Below the pieces are notes generated by a model that was not told where the DNA came from, did not search any database, and worked only from the letters and a program-made list of their open reading frames with translations. A program made the position numbers and the translations under genes. Below, piece by piece: positions 18,256-28,571 of a stretch of DNA of 50,562 bases (position 1 is its first letter; each line of letters starts with the position of its first letter). The DNA is from Candidatus Sericytochromatia bacterium. Its GTDB lineage: Bacteria > Cyanobacteriota > Sericytochromatia > S15B-MN24 > JAQBPE01. The DNA is taken from the NCBI GenBank assembly GCA_040400605.1, contig JBBAPZ010000009.1:66607-117168 (forward strand), written 5' to 3'.

Positions 18256-21200
18256 TCAAAAATACGTTCCGAATTCCGTATAAAAAATGGGGGCTTGCCA
18301 AAGCCATTCTTGGTTGCCATTCAGCAACGGCAAGACCCCTTGCGCGACACCCAGGCGAAACACGCCGCTCGAATCCCCGAAAGACTGCAAAGCAGGCCAT
18401 ACCGTGCGCGCAATAATCGATAGCGGCACGGTGTTCAAGGGATTGTTGGCAATACGAAAATTCAAGCGCAGCTCGGAACCAATCCCAATCCGGCAATCCT
18501 GTAGCCCGGGCAGCAGCTTGGCCCCCGTTCGCGCACCGGATTCAGCGTTGTCCAGAAAATTTGGCAACCAAGTGTTGGTGTAACACGTGGCGGCATCGCA
18601 AAACAGGGTGCCGTACAAACGCTCGGCAAAAAATGGGAGCACACCGGGCCCGCGTTGAATCTCAAGCAACGGCAGACGATACTCGGTCGAGACAAGGCCC
18701 AAGGTGTTACCAACTGCGGAAGCGAACGGGTAACCGCGCAACGACACCACGACATCATCCGGATCCGATGCCACCCGAATATCCGGTGTACCGGCTTGGG
18801 ACACCGCGCGTGTCCCCCCCATGTAAAAATCACCCACGGGCTTGCCCATATTCAAACCAGCCATGCCACGCACGGCCAGTACGTGATGCTGCCAGGGCAT
18901 GGCAAAAAAACGGCGGGTGTCCCCAAACATCCGGAAATAGGCAAACTCTGAGCCGAGCCACTGGTGAGCAAACTCTGTGCCCCAACTGGACAAAGACCCA
19001 TACTCCGGCGATATGGAGTAGCCGAATCGCCCGTTGTCGCTGATTCGGCCGGATAAACTGACACTGTGCGCACGGCCCGGTGGCGGGATCAAGCGCGCAT
19101 CCACCGCCACCTTGTTTTCACGCGCAGGTGTCAAATCCTGGATCAAACGCACGTTGAAAGCCGCATTCCACACATCGCCCACCTGATAACTGGCGTTGGT
19201 GAGCGGGGATGGCAAATTGTTGCGGCCAAAGCCAAAGCCCACCCCGGAAGTGCGCTGATAAAGGTCGACCGTTACACCGTTCGGTAGCGGGATGCCGTAA
19301 CGTTGCGGCCCCATACTGGCGTAAATGTTCCAGTTGATATCATATTGGGTGTTCGCATACACAAGATTCATGGTCCACAAATCCTGAGGGCCAAGCACCG
19401 TGGCCCGGCCGGTCGTCGGATCCGGTGGCAAAGTGCCCGGCGAGCCCAACGTGTAACCTGCCAACCCAAACACGGTGTTGGTTAGCAAGACGTCATACCC
19501 GATCGAAAAAGCGCCCACCAATGCCGGCACCGTCGTAAAGATGGGACTCCAAAACTTTGGCGCAAGGGTGGTGAGTGGACTGTATAGCGAAATTGGATAG
19601 CGCTCACGAATTTTCACCGCCGATGGCGTGATGGCGGTATCCAAAACCGGTTGCGCAGCCGGTTCCCAGGTTTGAGGCTGAAACGCCATCGTGTGAATGT
19701 CATAACCGACCCCGCGGCAATAACTCATGGCAATTGTTTTTCCATCCGGACTGATGGCGGGCTCGCACACGCCGGTCAGCACGTTGGTGACCCGAAACAC
19801 GCGCTCATCCCCCATCCGATAGGCAAACAGATTGAACACACCGCCATCGCGATCACTCGCAAACACAATGTAACGGCCATCCGGACTCCAGACTGGCCCC
19901 ACATCCACAGCGGCATCCTTCCACAACTGATGCATGTTCCAAGTCGTCGTATCCAACAACACCAAGTCACGCGAGCCCTCCCGCCACGCACTCATCACCA
20001 CCCAACGCCCATCCGGACTCCAACGTGGTGCCGTGAACTGGCTGTTGTCCCCAAGCGCGGTCAAACGCCGCAACACCTTGCCCGTCGTATCCAGCAAAAC
20101 CAGATTGTTAGTGCCTTTGCCGTTTTGGACACACACCATTTTGGTGCCATCGGGACTGACGCCTGGATTCGACAAACGCGCGAAACGCGTCAACTGCTCG
20201 GTGTGTCCTTCGCGCAAATCGAGGCGAAACACGTCATCATACGACCAATAGTTATTTGGCCCCTGCGCATTCTGAAAATAAAAGTACCGCCCATCGCGTG
20301 AGACGTCATAACCCCCATAATGGCTTTTCCTGAGCAAAGGCGTCAGTTGCAGCGTCCCATCTTTCAACTTGTCCACCACTTTGACGGCGGTCGGGCTGTG
20401 TCGCAACCCTTCAATAAATGTCAAACGGCCATCGGGCAGGTAGACCGGATGACGGTGGTTCATGCCGGTTTCCGTGACAGGTGTGGTGGCAGTGACCGGG
20501 CGCTGACGAATGCGCGCAATCTGTGCCTCGGCGCGTTTGACCAGCCACAGGCGCATGTCGTCCCAGACACCTTGAACGGTTTGACCCGGAATCAACGTGC
20601 CGAGGGCGTGATCCACGCCCAGCCAGGGGGCTGCGGAGTAGACATGGGCGAGGCGTGCGGGGAGGTCCGATCCGTAGCGCTTCGCCAGATACTTGTAAAA
20701 AAAGGTGCCGTAAACATAGGGGGCGTCGCCACCAGGAAAATCTGTCAGGTAATACCCACTTGCCTGATCGATGCTCAATTGCCGGTTGGCCAACACATCC
20801 GCGCGCAGATACATATCAAAGTAACCATCGTGACCACGCCCACCTTTGCCACCCGCCGTGAACAACGACTCCGTCGTCACAGCCAAGCCCTCAATCAAAA
20901 ACGTGGGCTGAAAAAGATTCGGAAACAGCAACCGGCCAAACACCCGATTCAGTAAACCAGGCAAGCCATCCACCGTCTCAAAGTGCATGATGTGGGTGAA
21001 CTCATGGGTAATGACCAGCTTCAACCAATCGTCATAACGCCCCCACAACAAATCACTGTCCGGGTTGGTCAAATACACGTACATCGCGTTGTTGACATAC
21101 GGCAAAGCCAAACCATTAACCGTGTCTTCTTGATCAAACAGGATCAACTCGGTCTTCTCTGACGGCCACGTTTTAAAATAACCACACACATTCGTGTACG

Positions 21201-21486
21201 CCTCTTCCGCATACACGGCCGACTTCTCGGCAACCGACTCGTAACCCTGTGGAAAATTGATGCGAAAATGCGGGGTCTCCATCGTCCGCATGACCACGCT
21301 GGGGTCCAAAACAGCCGCGCAAGCGGGCTCGCACCAAAAAGCCAGCCACGCGAGCATGAGCGTGCCCAAAACACGCCAAGCCCCACTCACAGACCCCAAC
21401 CGCTCCAAACCCGCTTCCAAACCACATCCATCCGCAAAACCCAAGTCCCCCACTTTAGATGCCCCAGACGGCCCCCGTCCTAACAC
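18256..21486 (-). CDS. Gluzincin-like peptidase + PD40/TolB propeller + Omp85-type barrel protein, paralog 1 (true start may be ATG 21357)
   Basis: ETPHFRI, HEFTH...EGLA, repeated PxWSPDG, LRGY loop motif, C-terminal EFGTYF. Confidence 0.85.
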   Translation of the reverse strand: MLGRGPSGASKVGDLGFADGCGLEAGLERLGSVSGAWRVLGTLMLAWLAFWCEPACAAVLDPSVVMRTMETPHFRINFPQGYESVAEKSAVYAEEAYTNVCGYFKTWPSEKTELILFDQEDTVNGLALPYVNNAMYVYLTNPDSDLLWGRYDDWLKLVITHEFTHIMHFETVDGLPGLLNRVFGRLLFPNLFQPTFLIEGLAVTTESLFTAGGKGGRGHDGYFDMYLRADVLANRQLSIDQASGYYLTDFPGGDAPYVYGTFFYKYLAKRYGSDLPARLAHVYSAAPWLGVDHALGTLIPGQTVQGVWDDMRLWLVKRAEAQIARIRQRPVTATTPVTETGMNHRHPVYLPDGRLTFIEGLRHSPTAVKVVDKLKDGTLQLTPLLRKSHYGGYDVSRDGRYFYFQNAQGPNNYWSYDDVFRLDLREGHTEQLTRFARLSNPGVSPDGTKMVCVQNGKGTNNLVLLDTTGKVLRRLTALGDNSQFTAPRWSPDGRWVVMSAWREGSRDLVLLDTTTWNMHQLWKDAAVDVGPVWSPDGRYIVFASDRDGGVFNLFAYRMGDERVFRVTNVLTGVCEPAISPDGKTIAMSYCRGVGYDIHTMAFQPQTWEPAAQPVLDTAITPSAVKIRERYPISLYSPLTTLAPKFWSPIFTTVPALVGAFSIGYDVLLTNTVFGLAGYTLGSPGTLPPDPTTGRATVLGPQDLWTMNLVYANTQYDINWNIYASMGPQRYGIPLPNGVTVDLYQRTSGVGFGFGRNNLPSPLTNASYQVGDVWNAAFNVRLIQDLTPARENKVAVDARLIPPPGRAHSVSLSGRISDNGRFGYSISPEYGSLSSWGTEFAHQWLGSEFAYFRMFGDTRRFFAMPWQHHVLAVRGMAGLNMGKPVGDFYMGGTRAVSQAGTPDIRVASDPDDVVVSLRGYPFASAVGNTLGLVSTEYRLPLLEIQRGPGVLPFFAERLYGTLFCDAATCYTNTWLPNFLDNAESGARTGAKLLPGLQDCRIGIGSELRLNFRIANNPLNTVPLSIIARTVWPALQSFGDSSGVFRLGVAQGVLPLLNGNQEWLWQAPIFYTEFGTYF

Positions 21487-21836
21487 GCTGTAGGGGAATC
21501 ACGCGTGAGCAGGCACATCCTGACAGAAGCAGCCCAAAGCCGCCGCCCAATTGTCAGGCGGCAGCGGTTGAAAAGGCTGTACGATGCGATGGTACATCCA
21601 TCAGACTCACTGATTGTCTGTTGAGACCATGCAGGTAACAATGGAGCAACAAGCACGACACATGGGCTAGCAAACCAGAATACAATGTCACGTCCCTTGT
21701 TGTTTGCAATTGGAACCGTGCGTGGCGCTTGATGCGATCCGCTTAACAATGCAGGTCGTAACACTCGGAAGCGGTGTTGTTATCCTTGCGTCCGGGTCTG
21801 GTGGCTACCGTCTGATCAGCGTATCTGATGATTTCC

Positions 21837-22382
21837 CTACGGCAAACGCAACACCGTGCCTGGCAACAGGTAGTTGGGATTCGAACCGATCGCTTTCCGG
21901 TTCAGCGCATACAACTCACGCCAGCGACTCCCATCACCCAATTCACGTGCGGCGATCGTCCACAAACTGTCATCCTGACGCACAGCCACCTGCGTGGGCT
22001 TGGGCGATCGCCCGTGGGGCAGGCGCAACACGGTACCCGGCAACAAATAACTCGGATCGGAACCAACCGCCTTGCGATTCAACGCATACAACTCACGCCA
22101 ACGCGACGCATCACCCAGTTCACGCGCAGCAATCGTCCACAAACTGTCATCCCGGCGAACCACATACTGCGCGGCCCCACTGGAGCCCCCCGGCATCCCC
22201 AAACGCATCCCCGGCACGATGTGATCCGGATTGGCACCAATCACCCGACGATTCACCCGGTACACATCCTGCCAACGGGTCGCATCCGTCAGGTGGTCTT
22301 GGGCGATCGACCAAAGACTCTCCCCACGACGCACCACGTGTACGTGCGCAACCGACCTCGTCCGTTCCATTCCTGCCACCAT
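21837..22382 (-). CDS. Protein made of three LysM domains
   Basis: Three repeats of VRxxDSLWxIA...RWxxxYxLN...PxxxxPGxxLxLP. Repeats 2 and 3 are near-identical at DNA level (177-bp offset). No signal peptide. Confidence 0.9.
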   Translation of the reverse strand: MVAGMERTRSVAHVHVVRRGESLWSIAQDHLTDATRWQDVYRVNRRVIGANPDHIVPGMRLGMPGGSSGAAQYVVRRDDSLWTIAARELGDASRWRELYALNRKAVGSDPSYLLPGTVLRLPHGRSPKPTQVAVRQDDSLWTIAARELGDGSRWRELYALNRKAIGSNPNYLLPGTVLRLP

Positions 22383-22447
22383 CTTGCCATTCCTCTCAAG
22401 TTAGTTATTATGCTTGTGTAAAAAACTTTAAGCTTTACTTAACTTAC

Positions 22448-22475
22448 TTATCGGGGCGGCGCCAAAAAAACTTGC
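22448..22475 (-). promoter_or_regulatory. Sigma28-like promoter of the LysM gene
   Basis: Minus strand GCAAGTTT-N12-CCCGATAA, close to the FliA/SigD consensus. Confidence 0.55.
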
Positions 22476-22604
22476 GTCACTTTTTAATAAAAGATTAATT
22501 TTTTCTTAATTTATTGTGGTTACGTGATCGTCACGCGTTCGTCCCGGATGTCGGGCGATGATCCGTGATTGTCAGAACGGAACGTGGGGGTGGCAATCAA
22601 CCGC

Positions 22605-25544
22605 TTAGAAATAGGATCCGATGTCCACAAACACGTTGGGCCACCGGTTGCGATCACCCACATCGACTGCCGGTTGGCCGATCCCCAAGCGCACTTCCGT
22701 GGGTGCCTGCATGACGTGGGTTTGGGCGCGGAGTTCCGCTCCCACCCCGACAAGGGGGCCTCGGAGTTGTGTATCGCCCCAAATCGTGCCACCATCCACG
22801 AAGAACGCACCGTGCAACTGTCGCAAGAAGAAAGGCAAAATGCCATAACCTTGTTGCAGGGCCACCAACGGGAAGCGGTATTCCGCTGAGAGTGTTGCGC
22901 CACGAGGACCGCTGGCCACGCCGAAGGGGTAGCCGCGCAGGGGCAATTGTCGGGCGCCAATGCCGCTGGCTGTGCGGAGATCGACATTGGCCAGCAAGGT
23001 GGCCGAATCGAAGCCACCCAGTTGGTACACACCGTCCGTCTCACCCCAGGTGGCGCCGCCTGACAGGCGCAAGGCCAGCACGTGGTGCAGCCACGGCAAG
23101 GGGACATAACGACGCCAATCCGCCCACACGCGCTGAAACTGGTGCTCGGACCCAAGGGCTTGAAACGCCTGTTCGTACGCCAGTGTCACGAGATTCCCGC
23201 CCTCAGGGCTGATGGAGCGTGCGAACTTGTAATTGTCGCCAAACCGATAGGTCACAGACACAGTGTTAGTCTGGCCATAATTGGGTTTTTTGGCTTGGGG
23301 CAGAACCTGTGGCGGTGTTTCAAGCGGCGTCAGGCGGGCAAAATTGAGGCCCACGCCGAGCGTGTCACCCGTGACCCAGGAGTTTTGCAAAAATGCGCTC
23401 GGGAGGCCCGGCCAGGTGATACCCAACCCTTGATACAAGCCTTGAGTGACCAGCCGATGCCCCACGCCTTCGAATACCGGATTGGTCACCAAGGTGGTTT
23501 CCGAGGCAAAGGCGCTCAGACTGGGGTGCCACTCATCATTGACATAGCTGAGTGAGTAAAAGGGACGTCCGGAAAAGACCCCCCACCCCACGGCGCCGAA
23601 GACAAGGTGTTTGACAAGGCTGTCTTGCCCGTAGGTGGTTGAGCCCAGTACAGGGCCGCGGTCATCCATGAACGCGAACGGCGCCCACACTTTGGGGCGC
23701 AAGCTGGGCCAGGGGTTGTAGGACGCCAGTTTGAAGGTCTTTCCATCATGAACGGGGGCAACAGCGCGCGGTTCAGGACCGTTCGGACGTGACACAGGGA
23801 CCCACTGATCCGGATTCCAGGGGAGGGTCACGATGTCGTAGCCTTTGGCACTGTAGGAACTGGCCGCGATGGTTTTGCCGTCGGCACTGATGGCGGGGTC
23901 AAGCAAACCGCCCAAGACGTTGGTCATTCTAAACAGGCGTTCACTGGTCAGCTCGTACGCGTACAGGTTAAACACGCCATCGCGATCCGAACTGAAAACC
24001 AGATAGCGACCATCCGGGCTCCAGCATGGCGCGAGGTCGTTGTCACGATCCCGCCACAATGCCTTGAGTCGGCCCGTGTCCGTATCAACGAGGTAGAGAT
24101 CGCGCGCCCCGTCACGCCAGGCGGACACAGCGACCATGGGTTGGGTTGGGTGCCAGGTCGGCGCAGAAAACTGTGTCTGGTCCTGAAGGGTAGTCAACGG
24201 CTTCCAGCGCTTGCCATCCTTGAAGGCAAACTTGACCAGATTGCTTTGCCCTGCGCCATTTTGCACCGCCACGACCCAGCGACCATCCGGACTCATGGTC
24301 GGCTCATCCACGCGTTGGCGCACACTTAAGCGCACGAGGCGCCGTTGCTTGACGTCGAAACGAAACACATCGTTGTAACCGGTGAAACGGTTCTCATCCC
24401 ACTGGCGTCCGTGGAGAATCTGGGTGCCGTCGCGGCTGACTTCGAAGCGACCATACGGGCTTTTGCCAATCACCGCAGCGGGGCGATCGCCCGGTTTCAC
24501 CCGCCAAACACGCGCAAAATCGTGGCCATCCCAAGCGGCATACCCCAAGCTGCCGTCAGTCCACCAGTGCGGGTGTCGATGCAACATGCCATCATCCGTC
24601 ACCGACTTTAGCGGCGTGAGTGGACCCTGGGCCGCAATGGCTTGTGCTTCCGTTATGGCCTCCACCTTCAGTTCCTGACACATCGTGTCCCACAGTTGCC
24701 GCGTGTTACGTCCGGTGAGCGTTTTTAAAACATCATCCGTACCGTACAGGCCAAAAAACGGATAATGACTGTACCGGTTCGCGAGCTCAACCGGCACCTG
24801 CTCACCAAAATGGCGCTGCAAATGGCGGTAGAACGCCGAGCCATAAATGTAGGGAATTTCGCCGCCGGGGTGATCGATGGTGTAATAACCGCTGGCCTGA
24901 TCCAACCGTGCGAGGCGGTCGGATAACGCAGCCATCCGCAGCACCGTGCGATAGGCGGTATCGCGACCACGTCCCCCGTTGCTGAACCGCGTTTCCGTCA
25001 TGACGGCGAGGCCTTCAATCAAAAAAATCGGCTGCAGGACATTGGGGAAGTAGGTTCGTCCCAGGAACCGATTGAGCCAGGCCGGAAGACCCGCCGTCTT
25101 TTCCATGTGCAGAACGTGGGTGTATTCGTGCAGGATGAGATCGCGCAACCAGTGGTCGTAGCGCCCCATCAGCATCTCGGCGTTCGGACTGGTTGCGTAA
25201 ATGTACATCTGATTGTTGGGATACGGAAAACCAAACCCGTTCACCGTGTCTTCATTGTCCAGAATGGTCACTTCGGTGAGTTGTTCGGGCACACTGTCCA
25301 AGTATGGCGCAAGCAGGGTGTGTGCGTCTTCCGCGTAACGCGCGGCAAGCTTGGCGAGTGCCTCGCAACCATCCGGGTAATTGACCCGGAAGTGGGGGGT
25401 GGTAATGGTGAACCAGCGGGTGTTGGGATCGAACAACGTGGCGGCATCAACGGGTGAAGCCCACGTCACCATGAGCCCGAGTACCCCTGTCATCGGGAAG
25501 CGGCGCCACATGCGCAGGTACCGCCTAAGGTTTCTCGATGTCAC
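22605..25544 (-). CDS. Gluzincin-like peptidase + PD40/TolB propeller + Omp85-type barrel protein, paralog 2
   Basis: TTPHFRV, HEYTH...EGLA, SPDG repeats, LRGYP, C-terminal DIGSYF. Overlaps the upstream phosphatase gene by 20 bp. Confidence 0.87.
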   Translation of the reverse strand: MTSRNLRRYLRMWRRFPMTGVLGLMVTWASPVDAATLFDPNTRWFTITTPHFRVNYPDGCEALAKLAARYAEDAHTLLAPYLDSVPEQLTEVTILDNEDTVNGFGFPYPNNQMYIYATSPNAEMLMGRYDHWLRDLILHEYTHVLHMEKTAGLPAWLNRFLGRTYFPNVLQPIFLIEGLAVMTETRFSNGGRGRDTAYRTVLRMAALSDRLARLDQASGYYTIDHPGGEIPYIYGSAFYRHLQRHFGEQVPVELANRYSHYPFFGLYGTDDVLKTLTGRNTRQLWDTMCQELKVEAITEAQAIAAQGPLTPLKSVTDDGMLHRHPHWWTDGSLGYAAWDGHDFARVWRVKPGDRPAAVIGKSPYGRFEVSRDGTQILHGRQWDENRFTGYNDVFRFDVKQRRLVRLSVRQRVDEPTMSPDGRWVVAVQNGAGQSNLVKFAFKDGKRWKPLTTLQDQTQFSAPTWHPTQPMVAVSAWRDGARDLYLVDTDTGRLKALWRDRDNDLAPCWSPDGRYLVFSSDRDGVFNLYAYELTSERLFRMTNVLGGLLDPAISADGKTIAASSYSAKGYDIVTLPWNPDQWVPVSRPNGPEPRAVAPVHDGKTFKLASYNPWPSLRPKVWAPFAFMDDRGPVLGSTTYGQDSLVKHLVFGAVGWGVFSGRPFYSLSYVNDEWHPSLSAFASETTLVTNPVFEGVGHRLVTQGLYQGLGITWPGLPSAFLQNSWVTGDTLGVGLNFARLTPLETPPQVLPQAKKPNYGQTNTVSVTYRFGDNYKFARSISPEGGNLVTLAYEQAFQALGSEHQFQRVWADWRRYVPLPWLHHVLALRLSGGATWGETDGVYQLGGFDSATLLANVDLRTASGIGARQLPLRGYPFGVASGPRGATLSAEYRFPLVALQQGYGILPFFLRQLHGAFFVDGGTIWGDTQLRGPLVGVGAELRAQTHVMQAPTEVRLGIGQPAVDVGDRNRWPNVFVDIGSYF

Positions 25545-27216
25545 GGCGCGTGAAGACCTCGGTGAAGAAGGTCTTGTTTTGAAGTTTGAACTGCTTCAGG
25601 TAGGCCTTGATGGCATCGGGTGTCACGCGATTGGCAGCCAACTCCTGCTTGTTGAGGTAGACTTGGGTGCTGGTAATGGTTTGCGCCAGCGGTACCTGAT
25701 TTTGCAGGCGATCGAACTGCGCATTGATGGCTGCGAGGAGGGTTTCATCGGACAGGCGCGCGCCGCCTGTCAGTTCGACGAGTGGCCCGCCCCCGTGGTC
25801 TGCCGTAAACACGGTCAGCAGATTCTGCGCCCCGACTTTGCGCTCGAGTTCGGCAATGATGCGACGGGCCTGCTGATCCTGAAACTGCAGGGCCTCGCGC
25901 GCTTGCAGACTTTCCTGTCCGTAGCGGTGTGACACATAGTCGGTCGCTTTGAGACTCCACCAGATCAAGTCTGGCACATCATCCGCGCCGAGGGGTTCCT
26001 GGGTGACAATCCGGAACATGGCATCGCCGTCGAATTGTGCCGCAGCACTTGAGAATTTGAAATCAAAGGGGTTGTTGATCGGATTGCCCATCCACAGGCC
26101 GCTCGGCCCGGCCAAGGCCTCCCAATGGGGCGTGATCGCCGCTGGTTGAAGGTAGCCAGGGCTCACGTAGCAACGTTCATTGGTTTCCCAGATGCCTTGT
26201 TTGTCGTCAAAGTAATTGACGATGGGCTTCTTGTTGCCTGCGAAGCGCGCACCGTGGCCCACCATGCCGATGGCGGCGCGATCCGCGAGCGATTGCGCAA
26301 CAACGATTGCCTGATTGCTGGTATGACGCAGCCAAACATCCGACAAAGTCGGACTCTCCAACGACGCCGGGCCAGGGCCCTGCTCGTTCAGAACCGCCGG
26401 CCGGGTCTGACCCGCTTGCCGAATCCACGGCCGGTTGGCCGAAATGCCCGTCAAGTTGGGATAGGCACCTGTACCAATGGCTGCGTGGCCCACAATGGTT
26501 TCTGGGTCAATGTGCGTCACGCGTGCCTGCGTGAAGCGCGAGGCATCCTTGAAATACTCATTAAGAAACGGTGTCGCGTCAGGGTGGGCATCCAGCAGGC
26601 TGAGCCCACCTTGATCAAACACCAATACCAGGACCACTCGCGGCAATCGGGTAGCGGGCCTGAGTGCCTCCTGCAGCACACGGCCACGCGCATCCTCTGG
26701 TGGTTGGACCCCAAGGATGCCGGAGACAGTCGGCACGATATCCTGTTGGGTTGCTGCCTGCTCATATCGCCCCGCCTTGAACCAGTCCGCACCCTTTAAC
26801 CACAGTGGGATCCGCGTGTCGTAGTCCCAGTAAGTGCCATGGTGGTTGCCCAACTGGGGCAAATCGGTCTCTTGGCCGTTCATTACCACCCGGCTCACGT
26901 ACGGTTTGAGAAAAGCGCTGTCCATGACATAGCAGTATTTGCGTGGCAAAACGTAGATATCGCCGCTACGTGGCCCGAGCGATCGCCTGACCGCCTGCTT
27001 GAATGCGTCGACGATGCGGCGCGTCTCTTGCGCTGAAGGCTGGGGGTAGCGACCCGCTGCAACCGTTGCCGGCGTTTTGAGCGCGGCAGGGGCGCTGGAC
27101 GCCTGAGCCCTGCTCGCAGCGGCAGCCAGAGCCTGTTGCGCGCCACTGAAGGCCAAACAGGCCATCGCTCCCACGGCGACACCACGATATAGAATCCCAC
27201 GCTTCGCCACGACCAT
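25525..27216 (-). CDS. Secreted alkaline phosphatase superfamily protein (PafA/PhoK type), circularly permuted
   Basis: Motifs VFDQ, TIVGH, GISAN, SLADR, TDYVSHRYG and TADHG are present. The normally C-terminal RSGDI and HGTYWDYDTRIPL...DIVPT...GRVL block lies N-terminal to them. Confidence 0.85.
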   Translation of the reverse strand: MVVAKRGILYRGVAVGAMACLAFSGAQQALAAAASRAQASSAPAALKTPATVAAGRYPQPSAQETRRIVDAFKQAVRRSLGPRSGDIYVLPRKYCYVMDSAFLKPYVSRVVMNGQETDLPQLGNHHGTYWDYDTRIPLWLKGADWFKAGRYEQAATQQDIVPTVSGILGVQPPEDARGRVLQEALRPATRLPRVVLVLVFDQGGLSLLDAHPDATPFLNEYFKDASRFTQARVTHIDPETIVGHAAIGTGAYPNLTGISANRPWIRQAGQTRPAVLNEQGPGPASLESPTLSDVWLRHTSNQAIVVAQSLADRAAIGMVGHGARFAGNKKPIVNYFDDKQGIWETNERCYVSPGYLQPAAITPHWEALAGPSGLWMGNPINNPFDFKFSSAAAQFDGDAMFRIVTQEPLGADDVPDLIWWSLKATDYVSHRYGQESLQAREALQFQDQQARRIIAELERKVGAQNLLTVFTADHGGGPLVELTGGARLSDETLLAAINAQFDRLQNQVPLAQTITSTQVYLNKQELAANRVTPDAIKAYLKQFKLQNKTFFTEVFTRRDIEKP

Positions 27217-27448
27217 CAACTGACCCCTATCGTCGACCAAACACCAGGCGCTAACCAGCATAGCCAATCAAGCCACCAAAATCCAGCAACCGAGCTGCCC
27301 TCGACACGCGCCGAAACAGGAGACCACAATCGCTGTTCTTGTTGCGATGGGCGATCGAAAATCTTATGATGATGAGCATAAAACAGGTAGGTGCGGGTCA
27401 GACCCGATGTTTGGGGTGTGATTGTCTTGACAGGATGAAGCAAAAACC

Positions 27449-28507
27449 TTGATTCCGAAGCCTGAAATTGACCTGGCGGCACTTAGCCAGATTGTTCGTC
27501 GTTACCCGCAGCTTGGCGATGCAGCGCAAATTTTGCGCAATGGTTTGAGCATCAATACGGCGACGTGCATCTTTGAAACGACCAATGGCCGGTATTTTGC
27601 CAAGCGTTATGATCCACTCAACCGGGACACACCGTCTTTAATGGCTGAACACAGTCTGGTCACGCACTTGCGCGCGGCCAACTTCTGTACGCCATTGCTG
27701 TATGCCAATGATCGGGGAGAGACGCTGACCTGGCTTGCTGAATTCCCTTATGCGCTGTTTGCACTGGCACGCGGTGAGGATCGTTACGGTGAGCGGGGGG
27801 TCTTCGACCCGTTTGATGACCGTGAGGAGGCGCGTGCGGCGGGCGCCATGCTGGCCCGTTTTCACCTCGGGCTCAAGCCTTTGCCGCTGCCTGCGTTCAA
27901 ACCGTTTCGGGGTCTGACGGCTCAGTACCAGATTTTGTTGAGCCCGGATCCCAAGGCTGCGTTGGATGCCTTACTGGCTGAACAACCGGGATTGCAGCAA
28001 TTTTTGGCGCAGCAGACCAGCTATGAGGCAATTATTCAACGGATTTTTCGGCACATGCCGGCGATCGCAGCGTGGCACGCTGACTGGCCGGTGGGCATCA
28101 TCCACGGCGACTGGCTCAAACGCAACCTGTTTTGGCAAGGTACAAGCATCTCCGATGTCATTGACTTTGAACTCTGGAACGTCGCACCCTGGCTTTACGA
28201 CCTTGCGCTGGCCCTGTTGCCTTGCGCCTTTAACTGGCCTGAGCTGTTACACGGCCAAGGGGAGCCCAACCGGCGGGATTGCCAAGCCATGATCGCAGGC
28301 TATCACCACGTACGCCCTTTGCACGCCAACGAGCGTCGCGGCTTGGCGGTGATGCTTGAAACCGCGCGTTTTGAGTTTTACCTGAGTGCCATCGGGCACG
28401 CGCTCACGCACGACGCCGAGCCTCAAGCCCAGCGGTTTTTCGCCTTGCTCGATGACACCACCCGCTGGTTCGACAATCACCCGGATTGGCACAGCATACT
28501 CGCGTGA
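27449..28507 (+). CDS. APH/homoserine kinase type II-like phosphotransferase
   Basis: YFAKRY, LARFH, IIHGDWLKRN, VIDFE, YDLA. Confidence 0.85.
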   Translation: MIPKPEIDLAALSQIVRRYPQLGDAAQILRNGLSINTATCIFETTNGRYFAKRYDPLNRDTPSLMAEHSLVTHLRAANFCTPLLYANDRGETLTWLAEFPYALFALARGEDRYGERGVFDPFDDREEARAAGAMLARFHLGLKPLPLPAFKPFRGLTAQYQILLSPDPKAALDALLAEQPGLQQFLAQQTSYEAIIQRIFRHMPAIAAWHADWPVGIIHGDWLKRNLFWQGTSISDVIDFELWNVAPWLYDLALALLPCAFNWPELLHGQGEPNRRDCQAMIAGYHHVRPLHANERRGLAVMLETARFEFYLSAIGHALTHDAEPQAQRFFALLDDTTRWFDNHPDWHSILA

Positions 28508-28571
28508 GCGTTGATTCGCCGACTACCCGTCTCACGCAAGTTTCAGGGAGCAAAACGCGATACAATCGCAC

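Noticed and set aside
18256..25544. Calling the two Omp85-type genes bamA or tolB
   Set aside because: No POTRA domains or tol-pal context are visible, and the N-terminal HExxH peptidase plus propeller architecture differs from both.
27449..28507. thrB or aminoglycoside resistance call
   Set aside because: Only the general APH-fold motifs are visible; the substrate cannot be assigned from sequence alone.
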